A stretch of DNA of 61,911 bases, taken from assembly GCA_016198125.1 (NCBI GenBank), contig JACQJG010000019.1, forward strand, positions 1-61,911, written 5' to 3'. The notes under the pieces are model-generated. The model saw only the letters and a program-made list of their open reading frames with translations. It did not search any database and had not been told where the DNA came from. Position 1 is the first letter of the stretch; each line of letters opens with the position of its first letter. The position numbers and the translations under genes were made by a program. The stretch comes from Candidatus Iainarchaeum sp. (GTDB lineage Archaea; Iainarchaeota; Iainarchaeia; Iainarchaeales; VGJJ01). Shown piece by piece: positions 18,518-29,105 of the stretch.

Positions 18518-21263
18518 GGGTTTGGCGTTCAGCGTGGATGTTCTCCTTGCCCTTGTTTTGGTGGTGAGCGTGCTTGTTTTTGTTTCAGCTCCCAAGCCAT
18601 TGGAATCAGCCTATCAAGGGAATCTTCAAACCGCGGGAGAGGTGGACAGCGTTTTTTCCACGCTGAATGCAGGCGGCTTGCTTGCATCCCAAGTGGATGC
18701 AAACGCTTTTACGCAGCTTGCATTGGACAACATTTACGCGCAGGCGCGTACGCTCATTCCAAGCGGATTGGACTTTAATTTAGGCATGCGTGAATACCTG
18801 TTGGACGTGAATGCGTGCAGGCAGTTTCAAACGTTTTCCGGGTGTTTTCCGGATGCCAACTCTTCCCTGTTAACCAAAACGGTTTCTCTGGCTTCTCCTG
18901 TAAAAGACTTGGTGCATGGAAAAAAGTTTTTCCTTGTACAAGAAGACCAGAGCGCGTGCACTTCCATTCCGCAGTTTAGGGGCGTGCTTCCAACGTGGTG
19001 GCATTCCGTATCTTACTACACGCCCGGCAAGGCCTTGCTGGCCAGCGACGTTAACATTACTTTTGACGTGAATGTGTCCCCTTCTCCTCCATTGGAGTGT
19101 GATCAAAATATTACAGTTACATTGTCTGTGGATGTCCCCCCGGGAAGCCGAAAACCAGTGGACATTGTAATGGTGCTGGACAGGAGCGGAAGCATGAGTT
19201 GGAATGGCCAACTGTCAACGACCAATGCACAAGGGGTTTTCGTTCAAGCCCCTTACACGTATCTTGCAGACGGTAGTGCAGGCCTGCGCATCATTGACAC
19301 GACTGCTCCTGAGCTTCCAAGCCTTTTATCAACGTTTAACACTCCTGGTTCTGCCACTGGAGTGTATGTGGACGGAAGCTATGCGTATGTTGCAGATTAT
19401 GACCAGGACCTGCGCATTGTGAATATTTCAAACAAATCCGCGCCCACTTCTACCGGGGCTTGGACTATTGGGGGCAGTGGGCGTGCGTATGATGTGTTTG
19501 TGCGAGGAAATTATGCGTACGTTGCCCATGGAACGGATGGATTGCGTGTCATCAACATCACCAATAAATCCAGCCCCACGCTTTCTGGCACGTATAACTC
19601 GCCCGGAACTGCGCGCGGGGTGTGGGTGGATGAAAACAGCACGTATGCGTATGTTGCAGACGGTGGAAGCGGCCTGCGCATGGTGAATATTTCAAACAAA
19701 TCCGCGCCCACAAGCGCAGGCGTGTGCTACAATTCCGGGGGATGCAATATCAGTGCGGGAACGGATTACAAGGTCACCGTGCAGGGAAACTATGCCTTTA
19801 TGGCAGACGGCACCAGCGGACTGCGCATCATTGACGTGTCCAACGTTGCCAGTCCAGCCCTTACAGCCACTTACAATACGCCTGGCGAAGCATTTGATGT
19901 GAACATTGTGGGAAACACCGTGTATGTAGCCGATGACACGTCCCTGCAGGCCATTAACGTGGCCAACAAAGCCAGCCCGGCGCTTACAAAGTCTTATCCC
20001 AATCCGTATGCGTATTTTGGCGTGTCCATTGCGGGAAGTTATGCGCACATTGCAGGCGATTCCATTGGAGGCATTCCCGGGCTTTTTACCGTTGACCTGG
20101 TAAACGGCCAGAAACTGGCCCAGGCCAAGAATGCAGCGGTTACATTTGTGGATTTCAATGGCTGGAATCCAATCCAAGACCAAATGGGGTTGGTGTCTTA
20201 TTCAAGTTCGGCCACTTTAGACCACCCACTGGATAATGATTTCAACGGCGTAAAAGCGGATATCAACGCGCTGGTAAGCAGTGGGGGAACTGCCACTGGA
20301 ACTGCCATCAACACTGCTACTACAGAGTTGAATGGCCCCAACCATAATCTAAATTCGCTTAAGTTTCAAGTGCTTTTGTCGGATGGTCAAACCAACACCG
20401 GGGCATCCTCTTCCGCGGCAGCCACCACGGCGGCAAACAGCGGGATTGTGATTTACACGATTGGGTTTGGAGCGGATGCAGATGAAGATGAATTGCAGAC
20501 CATTGCAACCCTTACGGGGGGAAAATACTATTCGGCAACGGATGCAAATGTTTTGGAAGAAGTGTATGCCCTTATCGCACAAGAAATACAGGTCATTGCC
20601 AATGACGCCAACATCCTAACGCCCATACCCAGTGGAACCGTGGTAGTGGATATTAATGGCGGAACGCTTGTAGACGGGCAAATCATATTCGATGTTAATA
20701 ACCTGGCTAATTTGGATCCGTGGATTGTAAATTACACGTTCAACATTCCCTGCAGTTCCCCTTTGGCATGCCAATCAAGTGTCATTTCGGTGCCTGGGAG
20801 TGGGACGACTTTTACTTACATAGATGGGAATGGAGTAACCCAAGTCGTGGACTGGAATGTGTTTGAGGTTGGAACATTCAAGTACAGGGACTTGAATGTG
20901 GACGTTTACTCTGGAACCATTCTTTCGCAGGACAGTGTGATATTGGATGTAAACGTGTCCAACATTGGTTCGCTTGACTCCAATTCCACCACCGTAAATT
21001 TTTACTTGAACGACCCGGACGCAAACGGAACGCTTCTCGCCAGTGCAAGCGTTCCTGCCTTGTGCGCGGGATTGGACGCGAATTGCCTGGACTCAACGCA
21101 CAAGTTTTCCCAGAGTCTTTCCACGCAGGGAACGTTGTGGGCCAAGGTAAACCCCAATGCAGCGATCAACGAGTGCCCGTCCAACAACAAGGACTTCATT
21201 TACTGCTATGACACGCCCAGAACAAAGTATTACATACTGGAATACTGGGCATGGAAAAGGTGA
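18471..21263 (+). CDS. Pilin-like adhesin: class III-like N-terminus, vWA domain with inserted LVIVD repeats, C-terminal CARDB-like domain
   Basis: RG/LAFSVDVLLAL; DIVMVLDRSGSM MIDAS; YAYVAD...GLRIxxIS repeats; GGTATGTAI, LLSDG, IYTIGFG; VNP...INE...NN. Confidence 0.85.
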   Translation: MGESALHGFTCTKSSRGLAFSVDVLLALVLVVSVLVFVSAPKPLESAYQGNLQTAGEVDSVFSTLNAGGLLASQVDANAFTQLALDNIYAQARTLIPSGLDFNLGMREYLLDVNACRQFQTFSGCFPDANSSLLTKTVSLASPVKDLVHGKKFFLVQEDQSACTSIPQFRGVLPTWWHSVSYYTPGKALLASDVNITFDVNVSPSPPLECDQNITVTLSVDVPPGSRKPVDIVMVLDRSGSMSWNGQLSTTNAQGVFVQAPYTYLADGSAGLRIIDTTAPELPSLLSTFNTPGSATGVYVDGSYAYVADYDQDLRIVNISNKSAPTSTGAWTIGGSGRAYDVFVRGNYAYVAHGTDGLRVINITNKSSPTLSGTYNSPGTARGVWVDENSTYAYVADGGSGLRMVNISNKSAPTSAGVCYNSGGCNISAGTDYKVTVQGNYAFMADGTSGLRIIDVSNVASPALTATYNTPGEAFDVNIVGNTVYVADDTSLQAINVANKASPALTKSYPNPYAYFGVSIAGSYAHIAGDSIGGIPGLFTVDLVNGQKLAQAKNAAVTFVDFNGWNPIQDQMGLVSYSSSATLDHPLDNDFNGVKADINALVSSGGTATGTAINTATTELNGPNHNLNSLKFQVLLSDGQTNTGASSSAAATTAANSGIVIYTIGFGADADEDELQTIATLTGGKYYSATDANVLEEVYALIAQEIQVIANDANILTPIPSGTVVVDINGGTLVDGQIIFDVNNLANLDPWIVNYTFNIPCSSPLACQSSVISVPGSGTTFTYIDGNGVTQVVDWNVFEVGTFKYRDLNVDVYSGTILSQDSVILDVNVSNIGSLDSNSTTVNFYLNDPDANGTLLASASVPALCAGLDANCLDSTHKFSQSLSTQGTLWAKVNPNAAINECPSNNKDFIYCYDTPRTKYYILEYWAWKR
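19230..20100 (+). repeat. About seven LVIVD-type repeats; two share a 29-bp identical DNA segment (19419-19447 and 19683-19711)
   Basis: gtgaatatttcaaacaaatccgcgcccac occurs twice. Confidence 0.8.
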
Positions 21264-21270
21264 AGAACAT

Positions 21271-22275
21271 ATGGACAGGGGCATTCAAAGGTTAAACCAG
21301 CGCGGATTGTTTTTCACGCTCATGGCATTCCTGCTGATTGGAATTATACTGGCATACACTGCGTTAAATACACAGTCAGGATTTCAATCCAGTCAAAACA
21401 TTGCAGGAATTTCCGGTTTGGAAGGAGTAAAAGACTTGTTTGAAAACATTAAAAATACGGGTCTTGCCTTTGACACCAATGGAAGCCCTGACCTTGTAAG
21501 ACAGCGCGTGCTGCCGTTCAACTATTATTTCAGGGAAAACAGGGTGGGCCTGCAGCAAACCCTGCCCATTCCAAATGGGAAAATGGAATTGTATGTGGAT
21601 GTATTAAACGCATTGCGCGTACTGGCAGAGGACACTAATACTCTTCATGCATTCGATGGAAGCATCACCGATGTAAACGTTCCGGCCAACGCGCTTTGGG
21701 GTGGAAGCGCGAATCAACTTGTTTTTGATGTACTGCCCCAGTGCCTGCAGTATTTTGTACTGGACTCCAATGCCGCAGGGTTTTCGTTTTTATCCGCAAA
21801 ACACTGCACAGCAGATTACAACACAGTGTCATTAAAACGCGTGGACATCAATGTAAGCGTGTCAAATCCCGCAGGTGACTTCAATGCCATTGCATGTTCT
21901 ATGGATGGAAATTCTACGTGCCCTAAAAATGATTTCAATGCGCTCAACACATTGCCTTACTTTGATGCGAACATGGTTTTGGACGCGTGCCAAAAATGCG
22001 CGTTGGACCAAAGCATGCGCACTGTAAAAGGGCACTTTGACCCCGCAAAGACCAACACCATTACTCTTTCCTGTGCAGGAGCTTCTTGTGTAAGCCTCCC
22101 CTTGACCATCTCCCTGGCAAGCGGTCCCGGGTTCACGCACAACGGGGTTCCAGTAGACCTGTCGTTTAACCTTGTGTTTGACCAACAAGTGAACGGCTTT
22201 TATTTTCATGATGCAAATGTTTTGGTGAAAAAACCCGGGCTTGGAGTTTTAAAAGCCACGCAGGGGGACGCGTAA
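21271..22275 (+). CDS. Pilin-like exported protein, Cys-containing
   Basis: QRG/LFFTLMAFLLIGIILA class III-like N-terminus; start at ATG 21271 after GGTGA. Confidence 0.75.
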   Translation: MDRGIQRLNQRGLFFTLMAFLLIGIILAYTALNTQSGFQSSQNIAGISGLEGVKDLFENIKNTGLAFDTNGSPDLVRQRVLPFNYYFRENRVGLQQTLPIPNGKMELYVDVLNALRVLAEDTNTLHAFDGSITDVNVPANALWGGSANQLVFDVLPQCLQYFVLDSNAAGFSFLSAKHCTADYNTVSLKRVDINVSVSNPAGDFNAIACSMDGNSTCPKNDFNALNTLPYFDANMVLDACQKCALDQSMRTVKGHFDPAKTNTITLSCAGASCVSLPLTISLASGPGFTHNGVPVDLSFNLVFDQQVNGFYFHDANVLVKKPGLGVLKATQGDA

Positions 22276-23432
22276 TGGAAGGAAAGGAAACCTGGGTGGC
22301 AGTAGCAGGAATCCTTCTTGCGGTTGGAATAGCATGGGCGGCGTTTCAATGGTACAATCCATTAAATGCCCAACCTTCACTGGAGAGTGGAAGCGTTGAA
22401 CTCCAAATCCCAGCGCACGCGTTTGTTGGAAGCCCTGTTCAGGCCCGCATGACTGCTTCCGGTGAGCGTGTAATGGGAATGGAACTTTCAACCAAGGGCT
22501 TTACACAGGGAATTGAGTGCAAGAACATGACAACATGCACGCACACGTTTGAATGGGCGTTCAGCGCGCCCGGAGTGTATGAAGTGATTGCACGAGGCGT
22601 TTTCTTAAACGATTCAAAGACTGCCACGCAGACCATTGTGGTGGAAGACACCACTCAACGGTGTGCAGACCAAACGGTGTACGCTTTTTGCTCCCAAAAA
22701 AAGCCTTTGTACTGCGATGAAGGCGCGCTGGTTGAATCCTGTGAAAAATGCGGGTGCCCCGCTGGGTTTGAATGCAGTGCAAGCGGGGCATGCAACCCCC
22801 AACCTTTTGCATTGGAAATATCAACGTTGGATGCTCCTGTTCAAGTAAAAACCGACGAACCTTTTGTCATTTCATTTATGCTTGTTCCCGCACGCGCTAT
22901 TGAACCCGGGACCACTTTTTTTTGGCGCACGCGAATAAATGGCGCCGCCCTGGAAAAAGAGGGCTCACTGGAGTGGAGTCAAGCATTCAATTCAACTGGT
23001 TTCGCTCAAAAAGTGGAATTCAATGGCATTGGAAAGGAAGGAGCGTATGACCTTACCGTGCAAGTATTTTATGCAGCTCCTTCTGAAGCCCAGGGCCTTC
23101 CTTTTGCGGAAAAAACCGCTCAAGGACCGCTCACCGTGGTGGCTGACCACACGCCGCCTGGGCCTCTTTCCAACGTGCACGCCGTCTTTCAGAATGGCAC
23201 CATTCTGGTGTCCTGGGCTCCAAGTTTGGAAGCGGATGTTAAACAGTACAAGGTGTATGAGAGCACGGCAGATGAGCCTGGGTTTACTTTGTACGGGTTC
23301 AAAGTATCTGTAAATGCGCCTTCAACCTCAATTGAACTTCCAAGCAGTCTTGGAGGGGGAGTGTTTGTTGTTTCTGCCGTGGACTGGTCTGGAAACGAGT
23401 CTGCATACTCAGCGCCTGCAAAAGCCCAGTAA
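22275..23432 (+). CDS. Membrane-anchored protein with PKD-like, Cys-rich and fibronectin type III domains
   Basis: N-terminal TM; CSQKKPLYC...CEKCGCP; DHTPPG...VSW...YKVY...VSAVDWSGNES. Confidence 0.8.
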   Translation: MEGKETWVAVAGILLAVGIAWAAFQWYNPLNAQPSLESGSVELQIPAHAFVGSPVQARMTASGERVMGMELSTKGFTQGIECKNMTTCTHTFEWAFSAPGVYEVIARGVFLNDSKTATQTIVVEDTTQRCADQTVYAFCSQKKPLYCDEGALVESCEKCGCPAGFECSASGACNPQPFALEISTLDAPVQVKTDEPFVISFMLVPARAIEPGTTFFWRTRINGAALEKEGSLEWSQAFNSTGFAQKVEFNGIGKEGAYDLTVQVFYAAPSEAQGLPFAEKTAQGPLTVVADHTPPGPLSNVHAVFQNGTILVSWAPSLEADVKQYKVYESTADEPGFTLYGFKVSVNAPSTSIELPSSLGGGVFVVSAVDWSGNESAYSAPAKAQ

Positions 23433-23483
23433 AAACCATTTATTAGGAAAAGGAATTAAAAGCATAGAAGTGCTAGTGTTGGC

Positions 23484-24113
23484 ATGAAAAAGCACAAAAA
23501 GGCACGCGCACGTTCTGCCCATAAACGGCCGCATGCAACAAAAGGTTCTTCCATGAACGCGCACAGGCGTGCCAAAGTCAAACCATCAAAGCCCCTCCCC
23601 CCGCCAAAACTTTCCGTTAAAAAAAAGCATGGGAAATCGTTTTTATCTGCACTCCTGCCTAAACCGCGCGCTTCGCGCGGCCTTGAGCACGCGCCCATTA
23701 AAAAAAAGCCCTTGCGTTTGCACTTTCCCTCTTTTTTGCTCCACCCCAAAAAAACGCATGGGCATGGAAAAGCACTCCAACCTCCTGCCGTTCCTTTGAG
23801 GAATTTTCCTTCCGCTCCAAAAAGGGAAGGACCTTCCGGCAAAACAGTTAAAACAGGCCCGGCAGTATGGCATGAACAAAACGTTTCAAAGAGTTCCGGG
23901 GCTGGAGCCATTGTAACGGTGTATGACAACGTTCTTGACCTGGTGCGCCAAAAAAACGGCATTGCATTGAACGAACTCGCAAAACGAGTAAAACTCAAAG
24001 AAGACAAGCTCGTAGAAGAACTTCAAACCCTGGAAGACAATGGGCTTTTGGAAGTGCGCTATCCCCCGCTGGGCGAACCCAGGGTGTACGTGAAGGAAAA
24101 AAGTGAAGCGTGA
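23484..24113 (+). CDS. Protein with basic disordered N-terminus and C-terminal winged-helix-like domain
   Basis: TVYDNVLDLVRQKNGIALNELAKRV...LEDNGLLEVRYP; stop overlaps the ATPase start region. Confidence 0.65.
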   Translation: MKKHKKARARSAHKRPHATKGSSMNAHRRAKVKPSKPLPPPKLSVKKKHGKSFLSALLPKPRASRGLEHAPIKKKPLRLHFPSFLLHPKKTHGHGKALQPPAVPLRNFPSAPKREGPSGKTVKTGPAVWHEQNVSKSSGAGAIVTVYDNVLDLVRQKNGIALNELAKRVKLKEDKLVEELQTLEDNGLLEVRYPPLGEPRVYVKEKSEA

Positions 24114-27100
24114 AACCATGGCAGGCGAAAAAGGAAAAGTCATTGAAAAATACACCGTGCAGGCAGAAATTCCCCTGGAAGTGGAAATTCATGAGTCGGG
24201 GGAAGAATTCGTGCGCGTGTACGCATTAAAGTATCCTTCTTTTGGCCCTGGAACCAGGGCTCTATTGAATGAACTGCGCACCAAAATCATAACTGATACT
24301 TCCATCAGCGCGGAAAAAATGCTTGACTTGAAGTTTGTTGAAACCCTGAAAGCCCAGTTCATGGAAAAAGCAAATGCCTTGCTTAAAAAAGAATTGCCGG
24401 AGGCAAGTGAAGATGTACGAAACAAGATTCGCGTCATTCTCATTCATGACATGCTGGGCCTGGGGCACATTGAATTCTTATTGAATGACGGGAACCTGGA
24501 AGAAATTGTGGTGAACACTGCAAGCGAACCCGTGTGGGTGTACCATAAAAAGCATGGCTGGCTGAAAACCAACGTGTTCATTGGAAACGAAGCAGAAACT
24601 GTAAATTATTCAAGCATTATTGCGCGCAGGGTGGGAAAGCAGATCACCATTTTAACCCCTTTGCTGGACGCGCACCTGGTCACAGGCGACCGCGCCAATG
24701 CAACGCTGTTTCCCATTTCAAGCAAGGGCAACACCATTACCATTCGCCGTTTCAGGAGAGACCCTTGGACGGTTACTGATTTCATCAAGGCCAGCACGGC
24801 TTCCGTGGATGTCATGGCCCTTGTATGGCTGGCCATGCAGTATGAAAGCAACATCATTGTGTCTGGAGGCACTGGAAGCGGCAAAACGTCTTTGTTGAAC
24901 GTGCTCATGCCGTTCATTCCACCCAATCACCGCATTGTAACTATCGAGGACAGCGTTTCAGGGGAAGCAGAAATACTGTACGAATACCGTGGAAAAGTCT
25001 TCAAGTCCACCGTTGGAGAACTTGTTGATGGCCTCGCGGAAGACGATTCAATTGAGGACTGCATGCTGGAAAATGAGAATGACATCCGCATTCCAAGCAT
25101 GAACCCCCAGGGCCGCATTGAATGGAGTAAGCCAAGCCATTTCATCCGCCATCGGGTAAAAAAAGACCTGTTAAAGATTACCCTCAAAAGCGGTAAAACC
25201 ATTGAAGTCACCCCCGACCATTCTCTTTTTACTTTGAATACAGAAGGGCACATTTCGAGTGTGAGTGGGTTGGAGGTAAAAGAAGGCACGTGGCTGGCCA
25301 CTCCTAGAAAAGTGGAATGGAAGGGAACCAACGTGGCCTTCGACTTGCGCCCTCACCTCAACGACCTTGAAACATTCAAAGGGTGTTTTGTTAAAAGCCT
25401 TGAAATCAGGCCCATTTTGCAGGCATGCAAGGCCCCGCTTCTAAGGAGATTTCCAAAAGCCACGCTTAATAATGCTATTAGGAAAAATTTGGCTTCCGTT
25501 GAAATGCTCCAATTAGCCGATTATACGCCTCAAAGCGGGTGGATTTGTTCGCGGTTGGGCACGAAAATTCCATTGGATATTGAAGTGGATGAAGACCTTG
25601 CCACATTTGCAGGGCTTTGGCTTGCAGACGGATGTTATGACAAGAACAGCACCCTCGTTTCCATCGTCGAACCGGAAGCAAGAGTATTTGTTGAGCGGGT
25701 CGCCGAACGTTTTGGGGTAAGAACAAAAATGCATTCTGACGGCATCACATTAATGATAAATTCCAAGCCATTGAAACAGTTTTTCCAAGGCGTTATGGGC
25801 TTGGATGGAAACGCGTACACGAAGAAAATGCCTTCGTGGGTTTTCAGGCTTGAAAAACCCCTTATTGCAGCGGTCTTGTGTGGGTACTTTTCAGGAGACG
25901 GGTGGGTAAGAAAAAATGACATTGCCATCCGTTCGAGTTCAAAGCAATTGCTCAAAGACGTTCAAACCCTGTTGCTTCCGTTTGGAATTCCCTTGCGCGT
26001 AAAATGGAAATTATTGAAAGACAGAACATTTGAAGCGCACATTTCCACGGCCAAGTTTTTGCGCGAGTTTGCGAATCAAGTCGGGTTTGTCATAAACAAA
26101 AAGACGCTTGCATGCGCCAAGTGGGAGAATGCGCAAAGCCATGATGTATCTGATGTAATTCCATTGCCGAAAAAACTGTATGTGCCGTTGAAGAAAGTGA
26201 TAAAGAACGAAATTGGCAGAACAAGGTCCTACTACTCATGGAAATCCTATTTGGGGACGTACTCCTTGAGCAACATCGGCCGAAAAACCCTTCAAAATCT
26301 TGCAGTCAGGTACGTAAACGAGTTGCCGCCGATCTATGGCGAATTGGCTTTCAACGACCTTTTATGGGACTCCGTTGTTTCTGTTGAACGAGTGCCCTTC
26401 CACGGCTTTGTATATGATTTTAGCGTACCCGGAAACGAGAGCTTTGTATGCGATAACGTGGTGTGTCATAATACGAGGGAAATCCAAATTCCGGAGTTCC
26501 TGCACTGGGTTCCATTAACAACACGCGAACCCAACGCGGAAGGGAAGGGGGGGGTAAACATGCTCGATTTATTGGTGAACAGTTTGCGCATGCGTCCTGA
26601 CAGGATTGTGGTGGGGGAAATCAGAAGGCAGCGCGAGGCAGAAGTCATGTTTGAGGCCATGCACACCGGGCATTCAACGTATACTACGGTGCACGCGAAT
26701 ACCGCAGAGGAAACCATTCGCCGTTTGATTAGCCCGCCCATTGAAGTGCCCGTGAGCATGCTGGAAGCCGTGCACTTGAATGTGGTCATGTACAGAAACA
26801 GGCGCATGGGCATGCGGCGCATCCTTCAAGTGGCTGAATTCATTCCTGAAAAAAGCGGAAGCGAATCCAATTACCAGCTTAAACCCAACATTTTGTACAG
26901 GTGGAAAGCCAATGGAGACCGCATTGAAAAATATTCTGAAAGCATCCGGTTGAATGATGAACTGAACCTGCATACGGGGTTGAATGCTTCTGAAATCGCT
27001 GAAGACCTTGCGGACAGGCGCCGCGTACTGGAGTGGATGGTGAAGAATGACATTCGCAGCATTGGCGATGTAGGCCGTGTCATGGCCCAATACTACCATG

Positions 27101-27153
27101 CCCCGGATGAAGTCATAAAAATGGCGCGAAGCAATGCAAAGCTGCCCAGGTGA
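24103..27153 (+). CDS. Type IV pilus/type II secretion ATPase (VirB11/CpaF/FlaI family) with intein
   Basis: SGGTGSGKT Walker A, TIED..TRE Asp box, LRMRPDRIVVGEIR Walker B, TGH...TVHA His box. Confidence 0.93.
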   Translation: MKRETMAGEKGKVIEKYTVQAEIPLEVEIHESGEEFVRVYALKYPSFGPGTRALLNELRTKIITDTSISAEKMLDLKFVETLKAQFMEKANALLKKELPEASEDVRNKIRVILIHDMLGLGHIEFLLNDGNLEEIVVNTASEPVWVYHKKHGWLKTNVFIGNEAETVNYSSIIARRVGKQITILTPLLDAHLVTGDRANATLFPISSKGNTITIRRFRRDPWTVTDFIKASTASVDVMALVWLAMQYESNIIVSGGTGSGKTSLLNVLMPFIPPNHRIVTIEDSVSGEAEILYEYRGKVFKSTVGELVDGLAEDDSIEDCMLENENDIRIPSMNPQGRIEWSKPSHFIRHRVKKDLLKITLKSGKTIEVTPDHSLFTLNTEGHISSVSGLEVKEGTWLATPRKVEWKGTNVAFDLRPHLNDLETFKGCFVKSLEIRPILQACKAPLLRRFPKATLNNAIRKNLASVEMLQLADYTPQSGWICSRLGTKIPLDIEVDEDLATFAGLWLADGCYDKNSTLVSIVEPEARVFVERVAERFGVRTKMHSDGITLMINSKPLKQFFQGVMGLDGNAYTKKMPSWVFRLEKPLIAAVLCGYFSGDGWVRKNDIAIRSSSKQLLKDVQTLLLPFGIPLRVKWKLLKDRTFEAHISTAKFLREFANQVGFVINKKTLACAKWENAQSHDVSDVIPLPKKLYVPLKKVIKNEIGRTRSYYSWKSYLGTYSLSNIGRKTLQNLAVRYVNELPPIYGELAFNDLLWDSVVSVERVPFHGFVYDFSVPGNESFVCDNVVCHNTREIQIPEFLHWVPLTTREPNAEGKGGVNMLDLLVNSLRMRPDRIVVGEIRRQREAEVMFEAMHTGHSTYTTVHANTAEETIRRLISPPIEVPVSMLEAVHLNVVMYRNRRMGMRRILQVAEFIPEKSGSESNYQLKPNILYRWKANGDRIEKYSESIRLNDELNLHTGLNASEIAEDLADRRRVLEWMVKNDIRSIGDVGRVMAQYYHAPDEVIKMARSNAKLPR
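24952..26472 (+). mobile_element. Intein with LAGLIDADG homing endonuclease (507 aa)
   Basis: Starts SVSGEAEI after TIED; VTPDHSLF block B; GLWLADG and GYFSGDG; ends VYDFSVPGNESFVCDNVVCHN/T. Confidence 0.92.
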
Positions 27154-27157
27154 GTTC

Positions 27158-28096
27158 ATGCCATTCCCCCAGCCCAAAAACATTGAACCAAGGCCCCGTG
27201 CAAGGCATGCGAGGGAAATGCCGTTCAGCTTTATTCCAACGCCTTTGCTTTTTGCAATGGCCAAACCCCTTCGGGGAGTGGGGGGGGCATTAAGTCATGC
27301 CGTGGGGTTGACGCCTGCAGAGTTCCGTCAAGCGGGATTGGAGTGGACGCCGGAAGAATATGGAAGCGCAACTGCAATCCTGGTCGCATTATATTTTGTT
27401 TTTGGAGCAACCCTTTTCTTCGTTGTTTCTTTGCGCGCATTTTCAAATCCAAACTTCCTGCTTTCCATGGCCCTGGGGCTCATAGGAGGGCTACTTGTGT
27501 TTGCCCAACTGGCGGTGTACCCGCGCATTTTAATCAAGAAAAGAGTGCGTGAACTTGACAGGAACCTTGTTTTCGCGCTGCGCACCATTCTTGTGCAACT
27601 GCGTTCCGGGGTAAGCCTGTTTGACTCGCTTAAAGTGGTCGCGGATGGAAACTTTGGACTGTTAAGCAGGCAGTTCAAGCGTGCAGTAGATGAAATTGGA
27701 ACCGGAGTCATTGAACAGCATGCACTGGAAAAGCTGGCAGAGAACAATCCCAGCCTGTTCTTTCGGCGCACCATTTGGCAAATCGTGAATGGAATGCGTG
27801 CAGGCGCTGATGTGAGCGTTGTGTTAAGCGAATCCGTGGATGCGCTTACACGAGAACAAGGCATTCAAATTCGAAAGTATGAAAGCGACATGCGATTGCT
27901 TTCCTTGGTGTACATGATGCTGGGAGTCATTATTCCAGCACTTGGAATTACGTTCCTCATTGTTTTGTCCTCATTCCCGCAAATACAAATCACAGAATTC
28001 TTTTTCTGGTCCCTGCTGGGGTTTGTGGGGGTCATGCAATTCATGTACTTGGGGATCGTTAAATCCAAGCGCCCGCAGCTTTTGGGGGATTCTTAA
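27158..28096 (+). CDS. Type II secretion system F / TadB-like platform protein
   Basis: LVFALRTILVQLRSGVSLFDSL...FGLLSRQF; TM segments; follows the ATPase. Confidence 0.9.
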   Translation: MPFPQPKNIEPRPRARHAREMPFSFIPTPLLFAMAKPLRGVGGALSHAVGLTPAEFRQAGLEWTPEEYGSATAILVALYFVFGATLFFVVSLRAFSNPNFLLSMALGLIGGLLVFAQLAVYPRILIKKRVRELDRNLVFALRTILVQLRSGVSLFDSLKVVADGNFGLLSRQFKRAVDEIGTGVIEQHALEKLAENNPSLFFRRTIWQIVNGMRAGADVSVVLSESVDALTREQGIQIRKYESDMRLLSLVYMMLGVIIPALGITFLIVLSSFPQIQITEFFFWSLLGFVGVMQFMYLGIVKSKRPQLLGDS

Positions 28097-29103
28097 TGGA
28101 CGTGCACACGGCATTGATTCCAAAAACGGTTTCACGTGCCTTTGAGGACCGTTTAAGGTACTTGGACATGAAAGGCAATCCCCATCGTTTTGTGCGCATG
28201 ACTTTTTTGAAGGCTTTGATTGTAGGAATGGCACTTGGGGCCCTGTCATTTGTTTACTTTGATTTCAGTTCCTTGCACGGCGTGGCTGGCCTGGTAGTGG
28301 GATTTATTGGAATGCTCGGATTGACTTTTCTTCAACTGGACTTGGCTGCGGATTCCAAAGGCAAGTGGGTGGAGAGCGTGCTGCCGGATGCTTTGCAGCT
28401 CATTTCTTCCAACATCCGTTCAGGCCTCACTACAGAACGCGCCTTGCTTGTGAGTGCGCGTCCGGAGTTCGGACCGTTGGAAAAAGAATTAAAACGTGCA
28501 AGCACCAGGGTGTTGTCCGGTTCAACGGTTGAAGAGGCTTTGCTGGACATTCCAAAACGCATAAAATCCAGCGTAGTGGAGCGCACGGTCTGGCTGATCT
28601 CCAAGGGCGTGCGTGCTGGCGGGGAAATGGCGGATTTGCTTGCACAGCTTTCCAATAATTTGCGTGAACAGTTAACTCTCCAGGCAGAGGCGCGCGCAAG
28701 CGTAAGCATTTACGTCATGCTCATCTTTTTTTCCGCGGCCATTGGAGGCCCTGCGTTGTACGCGGTAAGCAGTTTCATTGTGGAGGTCATGGCCGCGCAA
28801 AGTTCCACGGCTCCTGCAGTGGACCCTTCCCAACTGGCTGCTGCCGGGTCGCGCGCACAGGGATTAAGCGGTTTTTTGGGCGGGAAAACAAACATCATCG
28901 ACCCGGACTTTGTGGTATTCTTTACCATGGTCATGCTCCTGGTAGGGGGTTTCTTTGCCTCGCTTATTTTAGGCGCGATTGCAACCGGGAAAGAAAAAAA
29001 TGGATTCAAATACCTGCCTTTTGTGCTGGGCCTGTCATTCCTTGTGTTCTTTGCCATTCGATATGTACTGGTAGGCGCGTTTGGAAGTTTGTTGTTAAGA
29101 TAA
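28096..29103 (+). CDS. Type II secretion system F / TadC-like platform protein
   Basis: LPDALQLISSNIRSGLTTERAL...PEFGPL; TM segments. Confidence 0.9.
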   Translation: MDVHTALIPKTVSRAFEDRLRYLDMKGNPHRFVRMTFLKALIVGMALGALSFVYFDFSSLHGVAGLVVGFIGMLGLTFLQLDLAADSKGKWVESVLPDALQLISSNIRSGLTTERALLVSARPEFGPLEKELKRASTRVLSGSTVEEALLDIPKRIKSSVVERTVWLISKGVRAGGEMADLLAQLSNNLREQLTLQAEARASVSIYVMLIFFSAAIGGPALYAVSSFIVEVMAAQSSTAPAVDPSQLAAAGSRAQGLSGFLGGKTNIIDPDFVVFFTMVMLLVGGFFASLILGAIATGKEKNGFKYLPFVLGLSFLVFFAIRYVLVGAFGSLLLR

Positions 29104-29105
29104 TT

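Noticed and set aside
19230-20100. Repeated DNA that could suggest a CRISPR array or DGR
   Set aside because: Repeats are in-frame LVIVD protein repeats; no spacers, cas genes or reverse transcriptase in the window.
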